Assembly: GCF_902652985.1 (NCBI RefSeq)
Contig: NC_047015.1
Span: 5,828,001-5,892,000 of the forward strand
Length of the DNA: 64,000 bases
Reading direction: 5' to 3'
Source of the DNA: Pecten maximus
Taxonomy: Eukaryota
Part shown: piece by piece, positions 39,451 through 52,300 of the stretch
Position numbering within the stretch: the first letter of the stretch is position 1
Layout of the letters: the number at the start of each line of letters is the position of its first letter
Program-made: the position numbers and the translations under genes
Notes under the pieces: model-generated
What the model saw: only the letters and a program-made list of their open reading frames with translations
Databases searched by the model: none
Told to the model about the DNA's origin: nothing

Positions 39451-39782
39451 TATTACGGTCATTTATTTGGCGGCCGTATAACGCGTGTTTCTTTCTAACA
39501 GCTCTTGGCCACCGTAGAACTATCCGGATTTAGTCATTTTAGTTTTAGTAAAAAAAAAGAATGTTACCTGTTATCAAGAAAGGCGAAGATAATGAAGAAT
39601 TAGGTCATCGCTAGGGTTAGTATCTAGGTCGTATATATGTGCTTATATATACGGGTGACCATACCTATTATCTGTCAATAACCGTCTATAGGTGAGATTT
39701 GGGGTACCCGAAGTCCGCCATCAGTTGCACGTTAAGTGTGTTTAAAACAATTTATAAGTCGTGTTTAAACCGACAGAGGAAA

Positions 39783-40359
39783 ATGGACTTACATTTAAGG
39801 GCAACATTGATTTATTTTTTATTGTCAATGTGTGGTGCGATTAGTGTCGCCACCTCGGGAACAAGTGACGGAACTACAAGCCTCCCTGTGTCCGTGGCAA
39901 ACAAGAGTACTGTCGGAACCACTGTAGCTGTGGCCAGCCAGTCGACCACGAACCTTTCAGCATCCGGGATAAACCAAATCAACCATGGCACTGTAAATAA
40001 TACATCCACCCCAGTTAATACAAACTTTTTTGATAATATCCAGAAATTTCTTCAAAATTCTCAGGTTGCCAATCTTATTCAGAAACAAATCGGAGATTTC
40101 ATTAAATCTAACAATGTGTCGTTTCCTATCTCTATCATGACCCCTGAAAATCTACAAAAAGTCCTCCAGTTACTAGGACCAGGTTCTGGCTCCACCAACC
40201 TACAAGGACTTTCTCAATATGCGGGATTGCTCGGGAACATCTCAAACGAAATCCGGAATGTCACTGAGGAATTGGAACAAAACATTGGTCCTCAGTGCTA
40301 CAGCCACTTACAATTTCTTGTCTCGGAACTCATGAAAAGGGAACAATGGGCGATAAAAA
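39783..40359 (+). CDS. Copy B first coding exon (signal peptide, Ser/Thr-rich region, start of NRF domain)
   Basis: MDLHLRATLIYFLLSMCGAIS...IGPQCYSHL...EQWAIK, A|gtaagt donor. Confidence 0.88.
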
Positions 40360-43300
40360 GTAAGTTATGCCTCAAAACATGGTTTATACTATTGCTAGTA
40401 CTATCATGTAATATACCAATCAGTAGCTTACATATACCCTACTAACTGTTGAAGCAAAGATAATACGATAGGAAACATTAGTCAGTATTAATCATATTTC
40501 GTTATTGTTGAAAACAGTTGAAAAATGTTGGACAAAAGAGAGAAAATCAATCGGACTGTTTCCCACTATTGTCATTTATACATCAACCATATAGCTGTTT
40601 ATCGCTTATTTCATCTGTATATCAACCATATAGCTGTTTATCACTGTCATTTCATTTCAACATATTTTATTGATAATCAAATGGATTGAACATCAGGCTA
40701 AGCCTATATTAAAGTTCTCTCCATAAATTATTACATTTATTTCAAATAATTAGTATTTGGTTATTAGTCAAGAATGGAAATTACAGTATATATATATAGA
40801 AAGAGTATTTGTGAATAATATATTACGATAATCTTATGTATTTTCTTATAATAATAATTTTGAAATTATTGTTAAATATTTATGAGAACTCGTTTACTAT
40901 GCAGGAGAGAGACAAGTGCCTGATCAACAACAGAGTTTCTGACTATAATGTCCATCTGGTAAATACCAGTAGTCTTCTACTCATGTGTTGACCAAACACG
41001 CATCTCCCTACCGCATATAAACTGGTACCATATAAGAATTTAAAATAAAACATAAAATTGTATAATTCTGATTAAGTCCAAATCAAATGAGATTATCAAT
41101 TGAGATTGTTCATAGGAAGGAGATAAATCAATTATACATAACTAGCAAGTCACCACATCTCACCCAACTTTACCCTGTTTATCACTGTCGTCATCTTAAC
41201 ATCATCCATATAGCTGTTTATCACTGTCGTCATCTGTATATCAACCATATAGCTGTTTATCACTGTCGTCATCTGTATATCATCCATATAGCTGTTTATC
41301 ACTGTCGTCATCTGTATATCATCCATATAGCTGTTTATCACTGTCGTCATCTGTACATCAACCATATAGCTGTTTATCACTGTCTTCATCTTAACATCAT
41401 CATATAGCTGTTTATCATTGTCGTCATCTGTACATCAACCATATAACTGTTTATCACTGTCGTCATCTATATATCAACCATATAGCTGTTTATCACTGTC
41501 GTCATATATATATCAACCATATAGCTGTTTATCACAGTCGTCATCTGTATATCAACCATATAGCTGTTTATCACTGTCGTCATCTTAACATCATCCATAT
41601 AGCTGTTTATCATTGTCGTCATCTGTACATCAACCATATAGCTGTTTATCACTGTCGTCATCAATATATCAACCATATAGCTGTTTATCACTGTCGTCAT
41701 CTGTATATCAACCATATAGCTGTTTATCACTGTGGTCATCTATACATCAACCATATAGCTGTTTATCACTGTCGTCATCTGTACATCAACCATATAACTG
41801 TTTATCACTGTAGTCATCTGAACATCAACCATATAGCTGTTTATCACTGTCGTCATCTGTATATCAACCATATAGCTGTTTATCACTGTCGTCATCTGTA
41901 TATCAACCATATAGCTGTTTATCACTGTCGTCATCTGTATATCAACCATATAGCTGTTTATCACTGTCGTCATCTGTATATCAACCATATATTTACATTC
42001 TGTGTTGCATTTGCCTATATGTCGTTTGTAAACCAAATTGTATTCATCAGAGTGTATACTACAATTTACAGTGATTCGGTCAGAGTAGGGATACAGCCCC
42101 AGGTGTTGCTGGTCAACACAATGGTCCCCAGTTACATTCGGCCAGGAGAGATTTCGAATGCTAGCATTTATCTATGTAAACCACCACAAAAAAAGCAACG
42201 CAAGTTATAAGAGTAAAATTTAATAATAGAAAAAATGAAGTCGACCGACTCGACACAAAATTATTATAAGCTCTATTCCTGATCTATAGGAAGTAATCAA
42301 ATTGTCACTGTCGTCACACAGGGGCTCGTTGTCGAATTGTCAGAAATGCTAGACACGACAACATTTAAAGTCCAGCATTTAAAAAAAATCGGCAGTATTG
42401 ACATGGTTTCTGGTTGTGTATGCATACTGAATTATAGTTATGTGGTTATTCACTGATGTCAAAGGCCTACCTTATTCCAAAATCGAGCCCCTGTGAAGTT
42501 GAACATCGTCTGCGAAGTTAGCGACACTGATGTGACCGGTTAGACTGGATTCTGTTTCTAATGAAATATCCTTGGAATCGTTTTAACCTACTGTCAAGAC
42601 GACGTTCATTTAGAATTTAAGAGGTGATATTCCTCTGAAAATAACGTAAATCCAGTCGATAGAAACATAAGTGTTTCCGAGGAATCGAGTCTGTCCTGTG
42701 CAGTACCCATTCAACGCCGCATCACTTCTAAATGGTAACTGTATATCATGCGCCGAAAAACGGCTTTATTTTTAAACAATCAGAAATTATGCAATTGTGA
42801 ACAATTTGAAGATATCTACAAACTTTTATAAAATATAATATAAAGCCAAATTCTGCAAAAAACATTTCATGTGATTGCTATTGTTAACGACATGAGGGAC
42901 TATATTATTCCTTCTGGAAATTTCGGCTGTTCCGGTATTTGAACTTGATGACGTCAGTGATAGGAGAAGCGGCAAATTTAAACGCGTCTTAAGCTACAGT
43001 AAATAAAATAAAATTATGAATGTAAATATAAGCATTGAACTGTTACCAAATGGTAGTATACAGTCGATATGAATACAATTTCGGTGACAGATCGGCGACA
43101 TTCTATTTATCTGTCACCCAAATTGTATTCATATCGACTGTATACTACCATTTGGTAACAGTTCAATGCCTAAATAGCTGTTTATCCCTGTCGTCATCTG
43201 TACATCAACCATATAGCTGTTTATCACTGTAGTCATCTGTACATCAACCATATAGCTGTTTATCAATGTCGTCATCTGTATATCAACCTTATAGCTGTTT

Positions 43301-46300
43301 ATCACTGTGGTCATTTGTATATCATCCATATAGCTGTTTATCACTTTCGTCATCTGTATATCAACCATATAGCTGTTTATCCCTGTCGTCATCTGTATAT
43401 CAACCTTACAGCTGTTTATCACTGTGGTCATCTGTATATCATCCATATAGCTGTTTATCACTGTCGTCATCTGTACATCAACCATATAGCTGTTTATCAC
43501 TGTGGTCATCTGTACATCAACCATATAGCTGTTTATCACTGTCGTCATCTGTATATCAACCTTATAGCTGTTTATCACTGTGGTCATTTGTATATCATCC
43601 ATATAGCTGTTTATCATTGTCGTCATCTGTACATCAACCATATAGCTGTTTATCACTGTCGTCATCTGTATATCAACCATATAGCTGTTTATCACTGTCG
43701 TCATCTGTACATCAACCATATAGCTGTTTATCACTGTGGTCATCTGTACATCAACCATATAGCTGTTTATCACTGTCGTCATCTGTATATCAACCATATA
43801 GCTGTTTATCGCTGTCGTCATCTATATATCAACCATATAGCTGTTTATCAATGTCGTCATCTGTACATCAACCATATAGCTGTTTATCAATGTCGTCATC
43901 TGTACATCAACCATATAGCTGTTTATCACTGTCATCATCTGTATATCAACCATATAGCTGTTTATCACTGTGGTCATCTGTACATCAACCATATAGCTGT
44001 TTATCACTGCCGTCATCTGTATATCAACCATATAGCTGTTTATCACTGTGGTCATCTGTACATCAACCATATAGCTGTTTATCACTGTCATCATCTGTAT
44101 ATCAACCATATAGCTGTTTATCACTGTGGTCATCTGTACATCAACCATATAGCTGTTTATCACTGCCGTCATCTGTATATCAACCATATAGCTGTTTATC
44201 ACTGTCGTCATCTGTATATCAACCATATAGCTGTTTATCATTGTCGTCATCTATATATCAACCATATAGCTGTTTATCACTGTCGTCATCTGTATATCAA
44301 CCATATAGCTGTTTATCACTGTGGTCATCTGTATATCAACCATATAGCTGTTTATCACTGTGGTCATCTGTATATCAATCATATAGCTGTTTATCACTGT
44401 GGCCATCTGTACATCAACCATATAGCTGTTTATCACTGTCGTCATCTGCATATCAACCATATAGCTGTTTATCACTGTCGTCATCTGTATATCAACCATA
44501 TAGCTGTTTATCACTGTCGGCATCTGTATATCAACCATATAGCTGTTTATCAATGTCGGCATCTGTATATCAACCATATAGCTGTTTATCACTGTCGTCA
44601 TCTGTATATCAACCGTATAGATGTTTATCACTGTCGTCATCTATATATCAACTATATAGCTGTTTTCCGTGGTTTTCTAATTGTTTGTTTGATTACAGTG
44701 ATAGATGCGTCAGGCAAGATTCCGTCCGGATTGCTGGAAGGAAACATGGTTTGGCCAGGTTCCTATGACGAATGCCTAAATGTGAATGTTGACGGGAAGT
44801 TTGATGGGCAATACTGTACAGCTACTCTTTCCCTCGCATCAATTTTGGTAATAATACTCTCCGCTAGAAAACAACTCCTCAGGGGAAATATATAAACGCG
44901 TTCTTAACATGACTCAATCAGAATCATATTTCCAACCAGATTAAACCAAATAAAATTTCCGACATTACCAAAACCAGCCTTCCAATCGTCCCTATACACA
45001 TTATACAGACCAGCCTTCCAATCGTCCCAGTACACATTACCCAGACCAGCCTTCCAATCGTCCCAGTACACATTACCCAGACCAGCCTTCCAATTGTCCC
45101 TATACACATTACCCAGACCAGCCTTCCAATCGTCACTTTACATATTACCCAGACCAGCCTTCCAATCGTCACTTTACATATTACCCAGACCAGCCTTCCA
45201 ATCGTCCCTGTACACATTACCCAGACCAGCCTTCCAATCGTCCCAGTACACATTACCTATACCAGCCTTCCAATCGTCCCAGTACACATTATACAGACCA
45301 GCCTTACAATCGTCCCTGTTCACATTACCCAGACCAGCCTTACAATCGTCCCTATACACATTATACAGACCAGCCTTACAATCGTCCCTATACACATTAC
45401 CAAGACCAGCCTTCCAGTCGTCCCTGTACACATTACCCAGACCAGCCTTCCAATCGTCCCTGTACACATTATACAGACCAGCCTTCCAGTCGTCCATATA
45501 CCCATTACCTATACCAGCCTTACAATCGTCCCAGTACACCTTACCCAGACCAACCTTACAATCGTCCCTATACACATTACCAGGACCAGCTTTCCAATCG
45601 TCCCTATATACCTTACCCAGACAAGCCTTCCAATCGTCCCTATACACATTATACAGACCAGCCTTCCAATCGTCCCTATACACATTACCTATACCAGCCT
45701 TACAGTCGTCCCTATACACATTACCCAGACCAGCCTTCCAATCGTCCCTATACACATTATACAGACCAGCCTTCCAATCGTCCCTATACACATTACCTAT
45801 ACCAGCCTTACAGTCGTCCCTATACACATTACCCAGACCAGCCTTCCAGTCGTCCCTATACACATTACCCAGACCAGCCTTCCAATCGTCCCTATACACA
45901 TTACCTATACCAGCCTTACAGTCGTCCCTATACACATTACCCAGACCAGCCTTCTAATCGTCCCTATACACATTACCCAGACCAGCCTTCCAATCGTACC
46001 TATACACATTACCCAGACCAGCCTTCCAATCGTCCCTATACACATTACCCAGACCAGCCTTCCTAATCGTCCCTATACACATTACCCAGACCAGCCTTAC
46101 AATGGTCCCTATACACATTACCCAGACCAGCCTTCCAATCGTCCCTATACACATTACCCAGACCAGCCTTCCAATCGTCCCTATACACATTACCCAGACC
46201 AGCCTTACAATCGTCCCTATACACATTATACAGACCAGCCTTCCAATCGTCCCTGTACACATTATACAGACCAGCCTTCCAATCGTCCCTATACACATTA

Positions 46301-49300
46301 CCCAGACCAGCCTTCCAATCGTCCCTGTACACATTACCCAGACCAGCCTTACAATGGTCCCTATACACATTACCCAAACCAGCCTTCCAATCGTCCCTAT
46401 ACACATTATACAGACCAGCCTTCCAGTCGTCCCTATACACATTATACAGACCAGCCTTCCAGTCGTCCCTATACACATTACCCAGACCAGCCTTCCAATC
46501 GTCCCTATACACATTACCAAGACCAGCCTTCCAATCGTCCCTATACACATTACCCAGACCAGCCTTCCAATCATCCCTATACACATTACCCAGACCAGCC
46601 TTCCAATCGTCCCTATACACATTACCAAGACCAGCCTTACAATGGTCCCTATACACATTACCCAGACCAGCCTTACAATCGTCCCTGTACACATTACCCA
46701 GACCAGCCTTCCAATCGTCCCAATACACATTATACAGACCAGCCTTCCAATTGTCCCTATACACATTACCCAGACCAGCCTTACAATGGTCCCTATACAC
46801 ATTACCCAGCCAGACCAGCCTTCCAATCATCCCTATACACATTACCCAGACCAGCCTTCCAATCATCCCTATACACATTACCAAGACCAGCCTTCCAATT
46901 GTCCCTATACACATTACCCAGACCAGCCTTCCAATTGTCCCTATACACATTATACCGACCAGCCTTCCAATCGTCCCTATACACATTACCAAGACCAGCC
47001 TTACAATCGTCCCTATACACATTACCAAGACCAGCCTTACAATCGTCCCTATACACATTACCAAGACCAGCCTTACAATCGTCCCTATACACATTACCAA
47101 GACCAGCCTTACAATCGTCCCTATACACATTACCAAGACCAGCCTTACAATCGTCCCTATACACATTACCCAGACCAGCCTTCTAATCGTCCATGTACAC
47201 ATTACCAAGACCAGCCTTCCAATTGTCCCTATACACATTATACCGACCAGCCTTCCAATCGTCCCTGTTCACATTATACAGACCAGCCTTCCAATCGTCC
47301 CTGTACACATTACCCAGACCAGCCTTCCAATCGTTCCTATACACAGTGTACAGTACAGCTACTCTTTCCATCGCATCAATTTTGGTAATAATACTCTCCG
47401 CTAGAAAACAACTCCTCAGAAATATATAACGTGTTCTTAACATGACTCAATCATAATCATATTTTCAACCAGATTAAACCAAATAAAATTACCAAGACCA
47501 GCGTTCCAATCGTCCCTATACACATTACCCAGACCAGCCTTTCAATCGTCCCTATATACTGAATATTACACAGACCAGCCTTCCATTCGTCACAATACAC
47601 ATTACACAGACCAGCCTTGCAATCAGTCCCTATACATTTTTGTTTTCCTAGTAGCTAAGGAGTATGTGTTATTTCTAATACTGCTATTTTTATTTGTAAA
47701 AGACAATGGTATGTAATTTCTAATCCAACAGGGATCCATTTTTCCGATGGCAGCGGGGCTAGACTTACGTATGGGTGTGTGTATGCCAGATAGCTGTACC
47801 GCACCGGAAACCAAAACCGTATTGAATACTCGTAAGCTTTTCTGTCTTATTGAATATGTGACGTGATTACTCATGTTATGAATTATGTAATATTCGCGGT
47901 ATGTAATATTCGCGGTATATAATATTCGCGGTATGTAATATTCGCGGTATGAAGTACAGTTTGTGGGGAAGATATTTCATCTCTAGTGCATTGAGTGCCA
48001 GTGAAATATAGAAATTTATCAAACTGATAAAACTTGTATTTTCACTTGAGCGATGTGCATGAAAATATTAGATTTTGCAGTGAAACCATACGATTTTGCA
48101 GTAAAGATATAAGTTTTTACCAATCAGAGCGAACCTTTGATTCGCCTCATTGAAACTTGCGGATTTTTCCAATCGAAGCGAAGATTGACGAATATTCAGA
48201 CTAGTTTTTGACAAAGCACTCCCTTGACGTTAGCTATTCTTGCACATATTCTCCGAAGAAAACGCAAATTACAGAAGATTTCAATATTTTTCACTCGTGA
48301 AGATATCGATATTCAGTCATACTCGTGAAATATATGTTATATTTAATGGGAAACCATTCAATATCCTCTCTCCATACTTTTGTTGACAACTTTTGAATTG
48401 TGTGGTGACAATAAGTGTATTTTGTGGTGAAAACAGTCCATAAACTGCTATCGAGTTTTCCTGGATATGGTGATGATAACCTGCTATGATGTAACCTATA
48501 TTGTTACAATAGTTCCTTTGGTATCGTTGATATATCTATTGGCTATTTCATATTATAACATGACTGACATCATGTGACTGCCCTCTTCGATGTTATCATT
48601 CTGACCTGGTATCGTTTTGAGTTTCGATTGTTATTTTCAACAAGATTCTATTTCACTCAGTCACACTTTGCGGGAAAAAGAGGTCACATTTATGCAATAC
48701 AGTCATGCATATATTCTTAAGCTGCAAATAATTTATTTCGATTAAAATTGAAGAAAAAAATTACAATGTAACTACATACATGCATCGTATACACAGGAAA
48801 TGGTTATACTGAGTAGTGATATTATACATATTAATACACAATGCTCACTATTAAAAATACCATCTGTATACACATATCTATGAAAAAAGCATCTTATTCT
48901 TCATAATCTTGAACTATTTTAGACAGTTGATATAGTTTTCAATATATTCAATAATCAATAAATGCCTTTTCTATGTTTTTTTAATCAATCTGACCTGGTA
49001 TTATATGTTGAAGTTTTTGGTTTGCTGCCTCTGGGTGAGAACAAGCTCCAAGCTTCCAAAATCCAATGTTCCGAGCGTGCAGAGTACGACGATTTGGCAA
49101 TAGGAGGACTGTAAGTGACGTCAGATCATATATTTACATGTAGACAACTTTCACCTCTATTTACATGTACACAACATTCATCTCTATTGACACGCAGACA
49201 ACATTACCTCATATTTACACATAGACAACAGTAACCTCTATTAACACGTTGATTACTACCTCATATCTACACATAGACAACATTCCCCTCTATTGACACG

Positions 49301-52300
49301 TAGACAACATCACCTCATTTTGACACGTAGACAACATTCACCTCTATTTTCACGTAGATGTTTTGTTTTGTTTGTTTTTTTTTGCCGAAATGTCACTATG
49401 GGATACACTACGGGCTATTGCGGAGTGTCGGCATATAATTGACGTCGGGAGGCGGCCAAATATGAGTATTGATGTAGCAGTGTAATGTAAAAATGTTGTC
49501 GACGACGGGAGGCGTCCGAGCAGTACTTCCAAATGTGTGACCAATGGAAATCATCAAATCTGCAACCCACCCCTTTATCAAGACACAAAGAATACAAAAT
49601 ACAAAAAGAAAAAAGAAAAAGCAGTTGAAAAACCAGCTATGAACCCTTCAGCTGGCTTGGGCCAAAGTTGAATGCTTGCGTTACATGTATAGATCCATGT
49701 TCTATGATGTTCTATACCATAAAGAACAATCAACAACGTCCATTCAAGATATCGCAGCTAGCCGATGATGTAAATTATTTCTAAAATCAAAACAAGATAT
49801 TAAAAAAGCCTTAAACATAATAGAAACATTTGGTTCACTCTCAGGATTAATTTTAAACAGAGAAAAAACTAAAGGTTTAAGACTAGGAAATCAAACAAAG
49901 ATTGAAGATGAATTTGAAAACATCACATGGACAGATGAAATCATTAAAGCACTAGGAGTACACTTCTGCCTTAATCACAAAAAAATGTTAGAAATGAATT
50001 GGAATGAGAAAATAGAAAAAATGATTTTTTTTTATAAATAACTGGAAAAGGAGAAAGCTAACCATGATCGGAAGGGTACAAATAGTTAAATCCTTACTCT
50101 TACCTCAACTAACATTTTTAATATCTATGCTGCATATAGACCAAAACACTATTAAACAAGTTGAAAAGATAATATATAATTACATTTGGGAAGGAAAGAC
50201 AGAGAAAGTAAAAAGAAACACAATGATTAAACCATACATAGAAGGTGATCTGAACTCCATAGACATAAGATCACATATTGACACAGTGAGAATTAATTGG
50301 CTTAAAAAACTGGAAACCGAAGATAAAGCACTATGGAAAGTTATTCCACAATTTGAGATAAATCAGTTTGGTTCAAACTATCGCATATGTAAAATGAATT
50401 TAGACATTTAAAAAATCTCCCTAACAGCGAAAATATATCTCCATTCTATTATGAAACTTTATCAACATAGATAAAATTTAAAAAAAAAATCAGATGAACC
50501 CAAAAAATACAATGAAATACTTGCACAAATTATATGGGGAAATAAATATATAAAGCTTAAGGGCAAAACCCTCCTATTCAAAAACTGGATAGACTCCGGT
50601 ATAATTACAATAAAAGACCTATTACAAAACAATAACAACTTAGATGAAAACAATATATATCGAAAACTCATTAGAAAATGCAACTGGCTATCAGAGATAT
50701 CGATGTTTAAAAAAGCTATACCAAAAATATGGCTAAGGAAAATAGAAGAGAGTGATGTAGATCTACAGAACTTTACAGCCAGAATAAAAAATCAACTTAT
50801 GCTGAAATTCCCAAAACAAGAACCTATCAAAATTGAAAAATGCACAAATCAAAAAATTTACAAACATATTGTCAGCATGAAGTCAGAAAAACCAATAGCT
50901 CACTTATACTGGGAAAACAAGCTAAATTTGAGCGACATAAGTATTACAGTGAAATGTTCAAATGAATTCATATTCAAACATTTACAAAATAATAAACTGA
51001 AAGAATTTAAATGGAAATTCTTAAATAAAATTTTACCAACGAGGGAAATATTACATAAATGGAAATTAGTAAATCACCGAACTGTAACTACTGCAAGGTA
51101 AAGGAAGACTACGAACACTACTTCATAAAATGTGAATATTTACAAGTTCTCTTTAACAGATTAAAACAAATATTTGAAACCCTTGGTTAAAAAAAGATAT
51201 GCTAACATTAAAAAACTTGGTTATTGGATATAAAATAGAATACCCCAAATATAATGAAATAAACCACCAGCTAACAGTAATTGGATAGAGTATATACAAA
51301 AGTTACTACATCAGTGAAGCAAAAACAAAATAAATTTATATTATTAACATTCTTAAACAAGACATACAAATGACAATTGAAGAAAACAAATACAGAAAAA
51401 TCAGTTGTAAAATCTTCCAAGATGTACTTCCCCTTCTATAGAAAGACACACAAAACAGATATTCCTCTTCAAAAATACCCCACTTCTCCAAGGATCTAGT
51501 TACTTCCTCTTCTTAAAAGGGAAATTCCTCTTCAAAATACTCCGCCCCAAAATCTATAAAACAATACACATAAATTTAACAAGACATTCAATAGACAACA
51601 TCACAGAAATATACACAGATACCTGACCTCTGACCCTATACCTAGTACAGAGGGGCCCTCAAGGGGAACCTGAACCGTATATCATATTGGAGGAACATTC
51701 CTCACAATATTTTACAAGTAATAGCCACAATATTTTACAAGTAATAGCAATAAACAAAGCTAAAATAATAAGTATAATTATGTATAAACTATATAACCAA
51801 ATATATACATTGATATATTTCTTTAAACGAAAGCATACGTAATTAGGTCGATAAATGAAACACGTGTTCTGGTCCGTGGTTGAGCAGACGAAACCACTAC
51901 GCCGTAGTCTACGGTACATTAAAGGTAACGAAGTTTAACTTCTTGTTTCAAAAAAATATATGGCATGTTTATCGCAATAACAAATAAAAAACAAAATAAA
52001 TTAGTAATACATACCAATTCTAGCCTTCGCCATACGGCATCCTCGAGAAACACATGTGCATGGCCACGATATCACGCTGAGCAGTCGGAACACCTCGGAT
52101 TTCATTCTATGACAACACATCCAAGGTGTTCCGAGATAGTGAGATTAATCTACCAATTCCTTTCTTTACTGATTATTATTGTTATCTATATAGATTTCTA
52201 TTTCATTAATGTTATAAAAAAAAATTAATAAATAAACAAAATGTAAATATCCATAAAACGAGAAAAAGTGAAAATATGCTGATTGTAAGGATGACGAGTG

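Larger units (their letters stand above)
40565..44665. repeat. 39-bp minisatellite (GCTGTTTATCACTGTCGTCATCTGTATATCAACCATATA)n, interrupted by two insertions
   Basis: Tandem array; insertions at 40649-41174 and 41991-43172. Confidence 0.96.

Noticed and set aside
43129-47443. Long ORFs (up to 526 aa) with 12-13 aa periodicity
   Set aside because: Translations of the 39-bp and 36-bp intronic minisatellites, open in several frames on both strands; only 44699-44847 is a real exon
47650-47731. Possible micro-exons (AG|ACAATG|GTATGT)
   Set aside because: The following intron would be only 23 nt, and exons 2 and 3 already join in phase
47965-48375. Possible MITE ending in AATATCCTCT
   Set aside because: Only one convincing terminus seen; no TSD or second copy in the window
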